A stretch of 64,000 nucleotides of DNA from an uncultured Candidatus Rokubacteria bacterium (GTDB lineage: Bacteria > Methylomirabilota > Methylomirabilia > Rokubacteriales > DASRDR01), in the NCBI GenBank assembly GCA_963805625.1, contig CAWDVE010000012.1, positions 64,001 to 128,000 on the forward strand, read 5' to 3'. Positions within the stretch are counted from its first letter, which is position 1. Each line of letters starts with the position of its first letter. The notes beneath the pieces were generated by a model that worked only from the letters and a program-made list of their open reading frames with translations, was not told the origin of the DNA and did no database searches. The translations under genes were made by a program, and so were the position numbers. Below, piece after piece: positions 29,376-40,053 of this stretch.

Positions 29376-30345
29376 GTCCTGTCTCTCACATATAGTTACA
29401 ATGAACACTGGTCATCCTTCAGATCGTCCTGGGGGCGGCCGCGGGGCAATCGACCAACGGGCTGGCCAAGGCGCTGGGGGAGTGGCCGGCCTGTTGAAGG
29501 ATGCGCCGCGCCCGGGGCGGCGTAAGCGGATCGGGTCGGAGAAGATGGACGTCATCGTGAATGCCACGCTGCACACGACCCCGCGGGACGCCGCCCACTG
29601 GAGCGTGCGGTCAATGGCCCAGGCCTAGCGAGTGAGTCCGGCGACGGTGCACCGGATCTGGCAGGCCGCCAACCTGCAGCCGCATCGCACGAGGGCCTTC
29701 ACTCTGAGTCGGGACCCGTACTTCGTCCGCAAGCTGCGGGACGCGCTCGGCCTCTACATGAATCCCCCCGCCAAGGCGTTGGTGTTGAGCGTCGACGAGA
29801 AGAGCCAGATCCAGGCCCTCGATCACACCCAGCCGATCCGGCCGTTGCGGCCGGGGCGGCCGGCGCGGCAGACCCATGACGACACGCGCCACGGCACGAC
29901 GACACTGTTCGCCGCCCTCAATGTCCTGGAGGGGCACGGGATCGAAGCGTGCCAGCCCCGCCACACGCACGCCGAGTTCCTCGTCTTCTTGGACAAGATC
30001 GATCGGGAGACGTCGCGCCGGCGGGACATCCATCTCATTCTGGACAACTGCCGCACGCACACGCACCCAACCGTGAAGACCTGGATGGGCGAGCACCCGC
30101 GGTTTCACGTCCACTTCACCCCCACCGGGGCGTCGTGGCTGAACCTCGTCGAGCGCTTCTTCGCCGAGATCACGCGCAAACGAATCCGGCGCGGGAACTT
30201 CCGCAGCGTCCCGGCCCTCGTCGCCGCGATTCGCACGTACATACGGGAGCACAACAAACATCCGCGTCCCTTCATCTGGACGGCGACGGCGACCGCTATC
30301 TTGCGTAAGATCAAGCATTGTAAACAAACGTTAGAGACAGGACAC
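29375..30345 (+). mobile_element. Defective IS630-family element
   Basis: Imperfect TIRs (gtcctgtctctcacatatagttacaatg / cattgtaaacaaacgttagagacaggac) with TA flanks. Transposase has a deleted N-terminus and an in-frame TAG at 29626; motifs VDEKSQIQAL, LILDN, TPTGASWLNLVERFF. Confidence 0.85.
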
Positions 30346-30622
30346 TAGAGCTGAAGGCCACTGGCGACCTGCTTCGCGGTGACGATCGGACCGTGCTGGG
30401 TGAGCAGGCGGATATCCGCGCCGAGGCGGAGCCGTGACGTCACGCCCGCCGCCACGTTCCGCTCTTGCTCGTGACGTGCTCTCGAGTTGCGCGACGCGCT
30501 GACCACGGTGCGCCGCGGCCCCCCGCACCGGCCGGCCGGGGAGCCGCCCAGGACGAGCGCGCGGGACGTGCGCTGACCAGGGCGTGCTCGCGGCCCCTGC
30601 GTTCTCTCGGGTCTGTCACCCG

Positions 30623-32374
30623 TCATAGCCCCAAATCGATCGGCAAGTACTGGCCCAGATAAAACACCACCGATAGCGCCGGCAAGGCTAGACCCGTGCC
30701 TACGCCGAACCGGTAAAGGATCCGACGCCCTCGCTCACGGCACTCTTCCAATCCCTGCGCATACATCACGGCGCAAGGAACAAGCATCGGCAGAATGAAT
30801 CGCACATCCTGAGCAACTCCCCACTTTGTGCGAACCGTGAGAGCCACCAGGGCCACCATAGGAATAACGATGGCCAACACGACTGGCACCCCAACTCTCC
30901 GCCGCTGGCATGCCATCACGCCGAACAGCGCTAGCATGCCCGCCTCCACGAGAAGCACGCAGCCAATCACGGATGCTAGCCAAACATGTCGAAACGTGAA
31001 CTCCCCAAATAGCGTGGTCCGCAGGAAATAGTTGAGAAACGGCATGCCCGGCGGCGCTGCGCCCTTCCAGCGCACAAACGGCCACTCCAAGTACTCATGT
31101 AGATCGAATGTCACGTAGTGCCGAACTCCGAACGGGATGCGCCCCGACTCGCCGAAGTGCACCCCGGCACTGAGAGGCGCTCCGGTCATGTATTCGTAGA
31201 TCAGCCGCGACATGTTCAGCAGGGCGCAGGCCATCAAGACGCAGGCGCTGATGACGAGAGGACGCTGGACAAAGTATCCCACGGTGAATCTGCCGGCCAG
31301 CATGCCGGATGCCACGGTGCCGGCGATTATCGCGCCCAGGACCACCGCGTTCGACTTGACCAGAAGGGCCACCCCGAACAGAAAGACCGACCATGCCAGG
31401 CATTCCGGTCGTCGGCGACGATACCATCGTTCCAGATAGTAGAAGGAGGCCCCCCAGGCCGCATAGAGCGCGATGTCATTCGTGATTCGGGTCGCCATCA
31501 AGACGGAAACCGGCCAGAATAGCAGCTGTATCACGCCGACATGGTAGGCGAGCCGACGGGTGTCGACACCGTCCTTCAACGTGCGAAGTCCGTAGATCAG
31601 AAACATCGAATACAGCACCCACGCCAACAGGCGAATGGCGGTCAGCGGGTTCAGTTGCGGGAAGGCGCTTGCGGCAGCGTACACCCGCCCCGCGATAAAG
31701 TAGTAGAACGGAGGCTGAAAATGCTCCCACCCGCGGTACTGGAACGGTTCGCGCCACCGGTCCACCATGTGTTTGATGTACGCGATGTGGCCCGGCAAGT
31801 CGTTGGTATAGGCCAGGTTTGGATGAAAGCGCAGCCAATACATGAAATAGGCGGCTGCCACCACCATGGCGATCCGTGTCGTCCGAGGGAAGCCAAGCCT
31901 CCGCAACACCGTCTCCATGGCCCAGACCGCCAGAGCGAAAAGACCCAGACAGGCCAGCGTCGAGCCCCAATGGCCGCCCAGCAAGACGGGCCCACCCATG
32001 GGCGACGCTGGCAGCTCGTTGGGTTGGACGGGTCTTGATTCGACGGTTACACGGTTTTCTCCTCGTTGGAGATATGGCTTGAGATCGAAGAGGATTCGGC
32101 CGCCACAAATGGGCTCTTCTCTGCCATCAACAAAGGGAATCCGTCGATCGTTCAGATGGAAATCGGCCGACATGCAACGACTGGGCCACCCATCGGGCTC
32201 GAAAAAAAATAGTGTGTTCTGCCAACCGGAGTATGTCACGTTCAAGTGCAGTCGGTGGGAATTAGGCCGATCCCTCCCGATGCCCGGTTGCACTGCGAGA
32301 AGAATCGCACACAGGATCAGCGCCGCCACGCCTGCGGCGCCAAGCGAGAGCGGCCATCGCATTCGCGTGTTCAT
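30623..32374 (-). CDS. Polytopic membrane protein, GT-C/ArnT-like; visibly more AT-rich than its neighbours
   Basis: YTNDLPGHIAYI, WEHFQPPFYY, TRITNDI, ALLVKSN; many TM helices. Confidence 0.7.
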   Translation of the reverse strand: MNTRMRWPLSLGAAGVAALILCAILLAVQPGIGRDRPNSHRLHLNVTYSGWQNTLFFFEPDGWPSRCMSADFHLNDRRIPFVDGREEPICGGRILFDLKPYLQRGENRVTVESRPVQPNELPASPMGGPVLLGGHWGSTLACLGLFALAVWAMETVLRRLGFPRTTRIAMVVAAAYFMYWLRFHPNLAYTNDLPGHIAYIKHMVDRWREPFQYRGWEHFQPPFYYFIAGRVYAAASAFPQLNPLTAIRLLAWVLYSMFLIYGLRTLKDGVDTRRLAYHVGVIQLLFWPVSVLMATRITNDIALYAAWGASFYYLERWYRRRRPECLAWSVFLFGVALLVKSNAVVLGAIIAGTVASGMLAGRFTVGYFVQRPLVISACVLMACALLNMSRLIYEYMTGAPLSAGVHFGESGRIPFGVRHYVTFDLHEYLEWPFVRWKGAAPPGMPFLNYFLRTTLFGEFTFRHVWLASVIGCVLLVEAGMLALFGVMACQRRRVGVPVVLAIVIPMVALVALTVRTKWGVAQDVRFILPMLVPCAVMYAQGLEECRERGRRILYRFGVGTGLALPALSVVFYLGQYLPIDLGL

Positions 32375-32447
32375 GCCAACGGCGTAGGAGATGATTAGGA
32401 GATGGACCGGCCAGCCCTTTCCAGGCCGCCGCGACCGCCCTCGGAGG

Positions 32448-33422
32448 TCAATACCGGAGATACGCCCGCTTCGCGAGGTATTCTTTGAGCTTCTCCGGGT
32501 CGTCCATCACCGCGATGAGCGCCTTCCCGAGAGCGTCGGCGTGCCGACTGAGCTTCACGAGCATCTCCGGCAGCTGCTCGATGACTGTCCGGCGCCCCCA
32601 GCCGCTCCCGAACGCGCCGGAGATCGCTTCCCGGAATTCCGCGTGCTCGAGCAGGCTGTTGCTCAGCAGCGTGCACAAGATCAGGGCCCACGGCGTCGGG
32701 GGCAAGCTCATGCTCAACGACAGACTGTCTGGCGACTCGATCGCTGTGACGTGGTGAAAGTATCCACGGGGGACGTAGAGGACGGAGCCCGGGCTCAGGC
32801 GGTATTCCTGGGCACCGGCGGGCATCTCGGTGGGAAGGTCCGTGGCATGGGCATACGGCGGCGGAGGATCTCCGATCGTCCAGTTCGTCACCGGATGGGC
32901 GATGAAGTCATTGGGGGCGACCAGCCACTGCTTCGTGCCGACGATCTGGATCGTGAAGTTCTCGTTGAAATCGATGTGGGGCCGCGTGCCGCTCTGGCCG
33001 CGCACCGCGAAGAACGCCGTCACGCCAATCGGCGGCTCGCCGAGCTCGTCGGCGAGTGCCGACGTCCACCGGGCGAGCGAAAAGCTGTCTTTCATGCGGA
33101 AGTACAGGGTCGCGCCGCGCTTTTCGTAGGCCACCAGCGCCCCCGCCGTGGACAGCCGACTCGAGTACCGCTCACCAGCCGACTGCGGCCACAGGACGGT
33201 ATACTGGCGACTCTGCCAGAGGAGCTTCGCGATGTCGATCGAACCGAGCTCGCGGAGGATCGGCGCCAGGCGTCCGGCGGACCCGGGACAGAAGAAGGCC
33301 TTTCGCTTCCAGTAGTGCGTCCGAAAGTCGTCCGGCCGGATCGGCGCCACCAGGGAGGCGAGGGACGGCTCGAAGTCGGGGAGGGAATCCAACTCGGCCT
33401 GGGAAAAGGTCGTCATCTCCAT
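32448..33422 (-). CDS. JmjC/cupin-4 (YcfD/RoxA-like) oxygenase
   Basis: FRTHYWKRK, TRPHIDFNENFTIQIVGTKQW, LSPGSVLYVPRGYFH; start inferred. Confidence 0.85.
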   Translation of the reverse strand: MEMTTFSQAELDSLPDFEPSLASLVAPIRPDDFRTHYWKRKAFFCPGSAGRLAPILRELGSIDIAKLLWQSRQYTVLWPQSAGERYSSRLSTAGALVAYEKRGATLYFRMKDSFSLARWTSALADELGEPPIGVTAFFAVRGQSGTRPHIDFNENFTIQIVGTKQWLVAPNDFIAHPVTNWTIGDPPPPYAHATDLPTEMPAGAQEYRLSPGSVLYVPRGYFHHVTAIESPDSLSLSMSLPPTPWALILCTLLSNSLLEHAEFREAISGAFGSGWGRRTVIEQLPEMLVKLSRHADALGKALIAVMDDPEKLKEYLAKRAYLRY

Positions 33423-33466
33423 CGGCCGGTGTCGAGTGTACGATGCGTGGAATCGCCGGGTCAAGG

Positions 33467-33548
33467 CGCCGAGTCACGCGCCGAGTCACGCGGTAGTGCA
33501 TCAGCTTGCTTGAAGCTGACGCACCACCGGTCACGCGCCGAATCACGC
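33467..33548 (-). repeat. Hairpin (33491-33529) flanked by 12-bp tandem direct repeats
   Basis: cgccgagtcacg x2 on the left and a variant on the right; 17-bp stem whose two mismatches are G-U pairs only on the minus strand. Confidence 0.65.
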
Positions 33549-33579
33549 CCCGTTCCGGTCGACCTCGTTCCGAGGTCGG

Positions 33580-34953
33580 TTACCGCGACCGGAGCGAGGC
33601 CCAGTAGTCGGGCGCCGCGAAGGTAAACGCGGCCGCTCCCGGCGTCCCCGCCTCCACCGCACCCCGCCACGTGCCCAGGCGCTCATCGGCGCGCGCGATC
33701 ATGCTGATCCGCGCCGGGTCGAATCCCATCAGCCGCGCCGCGGCGGCGTCGATCGCCACCGGATCGGTTCCTCCGAGAATCACCCCGCATGGCTTCGGGC
33801 GCGCCCCCAGCGGCCCCTGCCCCTCGCCTGCGATGACGCCGTCGACGACGGAGAACCACGCGCGCTGAGGCGTCGCCTGGAGCCGCCCCTGCCGATCCGC
33901 GAAGCGTAACGCCGTGTTCAGATCGAGCGCCATCCGCCACGTCGTGTCGTTCCCCTCCCAGTTGCCGTTGACCACGGGGTCGGCGTGCCCGTTCTCCAGC
34001 GCAGGCCAGCGCGCGATCAGGGCGTGTCCGCGCGGCAGCGGCACCCGACCGAGCGTCGCGGTGAGCCACTGGGACCAGCTGAGGGGCGTGGGATACTCGT
34101 CCCCCCGGGGCGGCGCACCCGCTCGGTAATGCGGCAGCCACTGCTTCTTGTCGGTGATGCCGACGACGTTCTTGAGCGCCACCGAGATGCCGGTCTTGCG
34201 ATGCGTCTTGAGCTTCGGCACGTTCACGAACAGGTCGGCCTCGAGCACCGTGTTGGACAGGCTGTAGCGATGCCGGCCAGGACCGTGATGCCTGATCGGC
34301 TCCCGCTCGCCGTTGTTGAGATTGTGACGCAGCCGGGACAGGTCGAGGCCGTCCCGCTCGAAGTAGCTGGCCCGACCCACGTCCACGATCGTGTAGCCGC
34401 GCGGATCCCCTCGGAGGCGCCGGCGGACCGCCACCCCGAGATTCCAGGAGCGGCGGGCAAAGGGCACGTCGTTGAGGAGCATCACGGGGTCCATCTTGAA
34501 CTCGCGCAGGTCGATCAGCTCGACCCCGACACCGTCGCGCCGAAGCGCCTCGAGCATGTCGTGGACACGCAGCGTGCGCAGGGTCTGCTCGAAATGACTG
34601 CCCGCGATCGAGCAATCCACGATGGAGATCCGCCCGTCCGCGCCGACCGCCTTCCAGGCGTACTCGATGAGCGGCCGCAGGACGGCGGGATGCGTCGCCA
34701 CGCTCCAGAGGCGCTCGCCCGCCAGGTTCTCGTGGAGGTTCCGAGAGGTGACGAAGTTGGGCTTCAGCACCACTCGCCCCCCGGGCCGCACGAGGTCCCC
34801 GAAGGGATTCCAGGCCGCGCTGCCGCGGTGAGCGGCGTCCAGCCCCGCCCCGGCGAGGACGCTCTCGACCGCGCGGAAGATCTCCCCGCGCTCGAACAGG
34901 TCCTCGTCTCGATACCCACGCGACACGCGGGCCAGCGCCACCATCGGGCTCAC
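33580..34953 (-). CDS. DUF362 domain protein
   Basis: VVLKPNFV, THPAVL, FVNVPKLKTHRKTGISVALKNVVG, VDGVIAGEGQGP, DPVAID. Confidence 0.88.
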   Translation of the reverse strand: MSPMVALARVSRGYRDEDLFERGEIFRAVESVLAGAGLDAAHRGSAAWNPFGDLVRPGGRVVLKPNFVTSRNLHENLAGERLWSVATHPAVLRPLIEYAWKAVGADGRISIVDCSIAGSHFEQTLRTLRVHDMLEALRRDGVGVELIDLREFKMDPVMLLNDVPFARRSWNLGVAVRRRLRGDPRGYTIVDVGRASYFERDGLDLSRLRHNLNNGEREPIRHHGPGRHRYSLSNTVLEADLFVNVPKLKTHRKTGISVALKNVVGITDKKQWLPHYRAGAPPRGDEYPTPLSWSQWLTATLGRVPLPRGHALIARWPALENGHADPVVNGNWEGNDTTWRMALDLNTALRFADRQGRLQATPQRAWFSVVDGVIAGEGQGPLGARPKPCGVILGGTDPVAIDAAAARLMGFDPARISMIARADERLGTWRGAVEAGTPGAAAFTFAAPDYWASLRSR

Positions 34954-37148
34954 AAGGGCTCCGCACCGACGAGCGAGCGACCCGCCAGCTCGACCGGCAA
35001 CCGGTTGATGCAGCTCAGCCGCTTCCCGGCCCGGGTCAGGGGAATGGCGTCGACGAACTCGACCTCGATCTCCATGCGAGCGCCGACATAGCGCCGTAGC
35101 ACCCGCAGGATCTCGTCCAGGACCGCGTCGCTGTAGCGCAGGCCCTTGACGATGCGCAGCCCCAGCGCGCCATGGCGCTCCTGGATCACCTGGAACTGCC
35201 GAACCGCGAAGTCGTAGTCCTTCATGACGTGGAGGAAGAGCGAGCTGGGAATGTAGCGGCCATGGCTGCCCAGGATCATGGCCTGGATGCGCCCCTCGAT
35301 CCGGCCGATGCGCGGCAGCCCGCGGCCGCAGGCGCAGGCATGGTCGTCCTCGATTGCCTCCGCGAGGTCGCCGAGCCGGTAGCGAATCAGCGGCACGCAG
35401 AAGTTGTTCAGGTCCGTCACGACCACTTCGCCGATCTCGCCCGCTTGAGCCGGACGGCCGTCCACCAGGATCTCGACGATGTGGTTCTCCGCGACCACGT
35501 GGTGCCCGGCGTGCGCGTCACACTCGTAGGCGATGCCGCTGAACTCCCGGCTGCCGTACTTGTCGAACACCGGACAGCCGAAGGCCTCCTCGATGACCCG
35601 TCGACTGGCCTCCGGCAGAGTCTGCGCCGAGGTGATGATCCCCCGCAAGCCGAAACCGCGCGCGTCGCCGTGCTGGCGCAGGTAGGTCGCCAGGAGGTGC
35701 AGCGACTCGGCATACCCGTCGATCAGCACGGGCCTGAAGTGGCGCAGCCGGGCGATCGTCCTCGCCAGGATCCGATCGTCCATGTCGAACGCGGGAACGA
35801 ACAGGCGCCGACACAGCCAGCCGTCGAGCTGCTCCCGGACGATCTGCGACGCCGTCATGCCGATCGTGTGATGCCACAGCCGGGCATGCCGATCGCCGAA
35901 GCGATAACCGGTCCATTCCATGCTGCGCAGCGTGGCCGCCCACCGAAGCTCCAGTTGCCGTCGGTCGACGTAGAGGGTCAGCGGCTCGCCGGTCGACCCA
36001 CTGGTCGAGATGCGCAGGATGTCGCGCTTGCGATGATTGTCGGACAAGAGGCCGAAGTAGAGCGCCGTTCGCAACTCCTCGCGGGTCAGAACGGGCAACT
36101 GCTGCAGATCCGCCAGGGAGCGGATCATCGACGGGTGGAAGCCGAGGGCCTGCCATTGCTCCCGGTAGTAGCCGACGTGGTGATAGGCGTGGTCGAGCAG
36201 GCGCCGCAGCTTCTCCAGCTGCAGCTGCCGGATCGCCTCCATCGACAGCCATTGCGTCTGGAAGAGCTCGGCGTGGTACCGACCCGCGTCCGCCGTGATC
36301 ATCCAGTGATGCAAGGGCATCAGCCGAAGATAGGCTTCGAAGTGCCCGCGTCGGGCCCCCGAGATCGAGCTCGCCCGCCGCGCGGCCGATCCCAGGGGGC
36401 GCCGGAGGCTCAGGTCCCGTTGCGGCAACAGGCGAAACTCGACGATCGCCTTGATCAGATCGACGAGAACCCACCAGATGACCCCGACGGGAATCGCCGG
36501 GATGAACGAGCGGCCCTGCCGGCGGCTCTCGAAGAGGGTCTCGATCTCGCGGATGGTGTAGCCCTTGGCATGCGCGGAGACCGTGATGAAGGTCTGGAAA
36601 TACCGATAGTGGAACCGGTGGGACAGGATCTCTTCCAGGACGACGCGCCGGCACAGCACGAATCCCGACTTGTTGTCCCGCGCCCGCATGCCGAAACATG
36701 CGTTCAGCAGGACGTTGAGCCCACGACTGAGCGTCCAGCGTGAATCGCGGAGACGGCCGACGGAGCTGCGCCAGCCCTGGGCCACGTCGGCATGGCTGAA
36801 GCGCAGCTCGCGATACAGTCGGTCGATGTCCTCCGGCTGGTACTGCAGATCCGCATCGATGAGACACACGTAGTGCCCGCGCGCCCGCGCCAGTCCGGTC
36901 TTCCAGGCCGCGACGATGCCGCGAGTGGTGGGGTGGTGGCAGATCAGCACGAAGGGGTGCGCGGCCGCCAGCCGCGCCATGACCTCGGCGCTATCATCGC
37001 GGCTGCCGTCGTCGACGAGAATCAGCTCGCCGGCCAAGCGCCTCCGCGCGAAGAGGAGACGCACTCGCTCGACCAGCTCGGGGAGGTTCGCCGCCTCGTC
37101 ATGGCAAGGGGCGATGACGCTCAGCTCGCACGGCGACCGGTCGGTCAT
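34950..37148 (-). CDS. Fusion of GT2 (DPM-synthase-like) and phenylacetate-CoA-ligase/CapK-like adenylate-forming domain
   Basis: N-term VDDGSRD..IDADLQY; C-term STSGSTGEP, YGSREF, PLIRYRLGD, IEGR. Confidence 0.87.
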   Translation of the reverse strand: MTDRSPCELSVIAPCHDEAANLPELVERVRLLFARRRLAGELILVDDGSRDDSAEVMARLAAAHPFVLICHHPTTRGIVAAWKTGLARARGHYVCLIDADLQYQPEDIDRLYRELRFSHADVAQGWRSSVGRLRDSRWTLSRGLNVLLNACFGMRARDNKSGFVLCRRVVLEEILSHRFHYRYFQTFITVSAHAKGYTIREIETLFESRRQGRSFIPAIPVGVIWWVLVDLIKAIVEFRLLPQRDLSLRRPLGSAARRASSISGARRGHFEAYLRLMPLHHWMITADAGRYHAELFQTQWLSMEAIRQLQLEKLRRLLDHAYHHVGYYREQWQALGFHPSMIRSLADLQQLPVLTREELRTALYFGLLSDNHRKRDILRISTSGSTGEPLTLYVDRRQLELRWAATLRSMEWTGYRFGDRHARLWHHTIGMTASQIVREQLDGWLCRRLFVPAFDMDDRILARTIARLRHFRPVLIDGYAESLHLLATYLRQHGDARGFGLRGIITSAQTLPEASRRVIEEAFGCPVFDKYGSREFSGIAYECDAHAGHHVVAENHIVEILVDGRPAQAGEIGEVVVTDLNNFCVPLIRYRLGDLAEAIEDDHACACGRGLPRIGRIEGRIQAMILGSHGRYIPSSLFLHVMKDYDFAVRQFQVIQERHGALGLRIVKGLRYSDAVLDEILRVLRRYVGARMEIEVEFVDAIPLTRAGKRLSCINRLPVELAGRSLVGAEPL

Positions 37149-37179
37149 GCGGGATCCCCCGTCCCCTCGGCCGCGGCGG

Positions 37180-38424
37180 TCATGCCAGTCTCCGCACCTG
37201 CCCCCGCGCCCACCAGGCGCCGGCCGCGCTCAGGAGGCCCAGCAGGGGCTCGATCGTCCAGCGGTGGCGCCCCCCGATGTAGAACAGCGCCTGGCCGATA
37301 CTGAAGGTCAGTCCGAGCCAGAGGACAAGCCGCGCCACCGCCCAGGGGCCGGGGCCGCCACGCGCCAGCGCCACGACGCCGATCACCGCGCAACCGACGA
37401 GCGCGAGATACCACGCCTGATACGCCGCGACCCACGTGCCGGGGTACCACAGCCCGGTGTGCGGCGAACGCCACCAGAAGAAGCCGAGCTTCCGCACGTA
37501 CAGCTCGGCCGCCCGCCGGGGCTGCGTGCGGATGAAGGTCAGCGCCGCGTCGTGAAACGCCTCCATCTGCTCGAGCTCGCCCTTGCCGGCGAGCCGCGCT
37601 TGCAGCTCGGGGGAGTGCACCCACTTGATGGGCCGCCCATCGGCCGTGAACTCCGTGCCGGTGGCGGCCTCGTTGTTCCCCTCCCAGAGCGCCATCCAGG
37701 TGGTCGTCATCAGGGGCACGAAACGGCCGTGCACGAGCGCGTTGCGTACCATCCACGGTGACAGGAGGAGGACGGCGACCACCCCGTAGAGGCCGACCTG
37801 CCGGATCCAGCGGCTCCAGGACAGATGAGCCAGACCCCTCACCCACAGCAGGGCGACCGGGAAGAAGAGGCCCGCCGTGCCCCGCTCGTACATCACGAGG
37901 CCGCTTAGGAGGCCCGCGCACCCGGCGCGTCCGAAGGACGGCTGCTCCGCCCAGCGCACGAACGCCAGCAGCACCGCCGCCATCAGCGTCGCGTCGAAGC
38001 TGAACTGGACGAGCCGCGTGGCATCGTACGCGAGCAGCCCGGGATGGGTCGCTGCCAGCCACGCGGCGAGCCCGGCCAGCGGTGGAGGCCCCAGCCGCAT
38101 CCCGATGTGCCACACCACCACGCAGAGCAGCGCGGCGAACACCCACTGGACGACGAGATTCGCCCCCGGATGACCCCCGCTGAGGCCATACACGCCAGCA
38201 TACAGAAGGTCATAGGGAAGGGCGCTATGGAACGAGCGATAGTCCGTTCCCAGAAAGTGGTGCGTGTACCCGCGTCCCTCGAACCAGTTGCGGATCAGCT
38301 CTTCCGTTTCAAAGGTCTTGGGCGCCCCGAGCGTCCCCCACCAGAGCGCCGGTACGGCTCGGACGAGGACGGCACCGACCGCCGCGCTGACCGGGTGCAG
38401 GAGCCACCCGCTCATCTCGAGCAT
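37180..38424 (-). CDS. ArnT/PMT-like (GT-C) membrane glycosyltransferase
   Basis: Multiple TM helices, LSPWMVRNALVHGRFVP, LWEGNN..ATG. Confidence 0.72.
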   Translation of the reverse strand: MLEMSGWLLHPVSAAVGAVLVRAVPALWWGTLGAPKTFETEELIRNWFEGRGYTHHFLGTDYRSFHSALPYDLLYAGVYGLSGGHPGANLVVQWVFAALLCVVVWHIGMRLGPPPLAGLAAWLAATHPGLLAYDATRLVQFSFDATLMAAVLLAFVRWAEQPSFGRAGCAGLLSGLVMYERGTAGLFFPVALLWVRGLAHLSWSRWIRQVGLYGVVAVLLLSPWMVRNALVHGRFVPLMTTTWMALWEGNNEAATGTEFTADGRPIKWVHSPELQARLAGKGELEQMEAFHDAALTFIRTQPRRAAELYVRKLGFFWWRSPHTGLWYPGTWVAAYQAWYLALVGCAVIGVVALARGGPGPWAVARLVLWLGLTFSIGQALFYIGGRHRWTIEPLLGLLSAAGAWWARGQVRRLA

Positions 38425-38514
38425 ACGGGCTTCCTTGCGCGGATCACTCCGATCCTCCGCCCCGCGCGCGCCGGTCGCTCGCCCCTTCCCGCGACCCGGT
38501 CTCTCGCGCCGCAC

Positions 38515-40053
38515 CTATCCCGGGACCCGGGACGGGGCGCGGGCCCCGACGCCGCGACGAAAATGATCGTTGATGGCGAGGGCGGCCGCTGCCACCATGA
38601 CAGCGAGGAATGGCCACGTAGCGAAAGCATACCGCTCCAGACCGACCTCGACCAGGGCCACCACCAGATGGTGCGCATTGATGGAAAGGGCGGCCAGTCC
38701 CGCCAAGGCGAGCACCGGCGAGCTGCGCTGCCCCAAGAAGACCGCGGGGATCAACGCGAAGGACAGACCCATGAGTGATACGAGCACCAGGTCCTTCGCC
38801 ACCACGGCACCCCTGGGCCAGATCGTTCGTAGCGCGTGCCCGGAGTCGCTCAGGCAGAATCCTCGGCCGAGGAACTCCCGGAGGGCCGGTGCACACACCA
38901 ACCCGCGAACCCTCCGATCCTCCTCCGCGGTTCCAATCGACGGAAACGTCCACAGAGCGGCAAAGTGCACGGCCACGTGCCATCCGAACGCAGTGGGATC
39001 GCGCAGGAGCACCGAGCGCGAGATGTCCCAGGCCAGTGCGTTGACGCGCCTCGCAATGGCGGGATCGCTCAAGGCCTCGCCGCGCGCACTCGCGTCCCCT
39101 CCGGCTTCCTCCACGAGAATCGGCAGGATCGTTCCGTGTAGCGCGGGGTTGTAGCCGAAGTACGTCATCCAATAGTGATCCCTCGCCCCCGCTATCGTCC
39201 GGCTGGGGAGGCGGGCGGACACGGCCTGCAGTCGCGTGGCGATCCGCGCCGCCCCGTTCCTGTCGGCGCCCGGGAGGTCGGGCCGGATCAGGAAGGCGAC
39301 GTTCCCGACGAGGTTGTACCCGCCAGAGATCTGCGTCGCGAACGTGCCCCGCGCGACCCAGTTGACGAGGCTGGCGAGGAGAAGGCATGCCAAGGCAGGG
39401 CCCACGAGCGCGGCGCCCGCCCTCGCCCAGTTCGGGCGCCACAGGACCACGCCGATCGCGCTGGCGGCGAGCAGGGAGTACCCGTCCGGCCGGGTCAGGA
39501 CCACCAACCCGAGGACGACGCCCGCCGGCCCGAGCCACGCCAGACCGTGGGGGCGGGCACGCAGCGCCAACGCGGCAGCGGCGACGAAGAGCATGCACAA
39601 GGAGATGTACAGGCTCTCGGCGAGGATCTGCATCGCATAGCGCCAGATGAACGGATTGGCCAGGATCGCCATGCCCGCCAGCGCCCAGACGACGCCCGCT
39701 GGCCGCAGCGCATGACACGCCGCGACCATGAGCGCGGCCGACGCGACGAGCAGCGCCATCTGGACGTACGGCACGAGCGAATGGCTCGGATCGATCCGAC
39801 CGATCAGCCAGAGGAGGGCGGGGTACGCAAAGGTGCGGGACGGGCTCCAGTCGAGGTAGCTTCCACTGTCGAAGGTGAGCAGGTCCGGCCGGCTCAGCGT
39901 CGCCATGAAGGCGGCCATGAGGGCAACGCCGCCAGCGGCCACGGACAATCCGGGCAGCGACCGGTGACGGCTGGGCGCCGAGACGTCCACTCGAAAGGAT
40001 GTTTCGCCGGCACGCATCACGCGCCCCCGCTCATCGGGGAAGCTCCTGGACAC
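38515..40053 (-). CDS. Polytopic membrane protein, GT-C-like
   Basis: TFDSGSYL..RTFAYP, ILAESL, LTRP, ERY; start uncertain. Confidence 0.65.
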   Translation of the reverse strand: MSRSFPDERGRVMRAGETSFRVDVSAPSRHRSLPGLSVAAGGVALMAAFMATLSRPDLLTFDSGSYLDWSPSRTFAYPALLWLIGRIDPSHSLVPYVQMALLVASAALMVAACHALRPAGVVWALAGMAILANPFIWRYAMQILAESLYISLCMLFVAAAALALRARPHGLAWLGPAGVVLGLVVLTRPDGYSLLAASAIGVVLWRPNWARAGAALVGPALACLLLASLVNWVARGTFATQISGGYNLVGNVAFLIRPDLPGADRNGAARIATRLQAVSARLPSRTIAGARDHYWMTYFGYNPALHGTILPILVEEAGGDASARGEALSDPAIARRVNALAWDISRSVLLRDPTAFGWHVAVHFAALWTFPSIGTAEEDRRVRGLVCAPALREFLGRGFCLSDSGHALRTIWPRGAVVAKDLVLVSLMGLSFALIPAVFLGQRSSPVLALAGLAALSINAHHLVVALVEVGLERYAFATWPFLAVMVAAAALAINDHFRRGVGARAPSRVPG

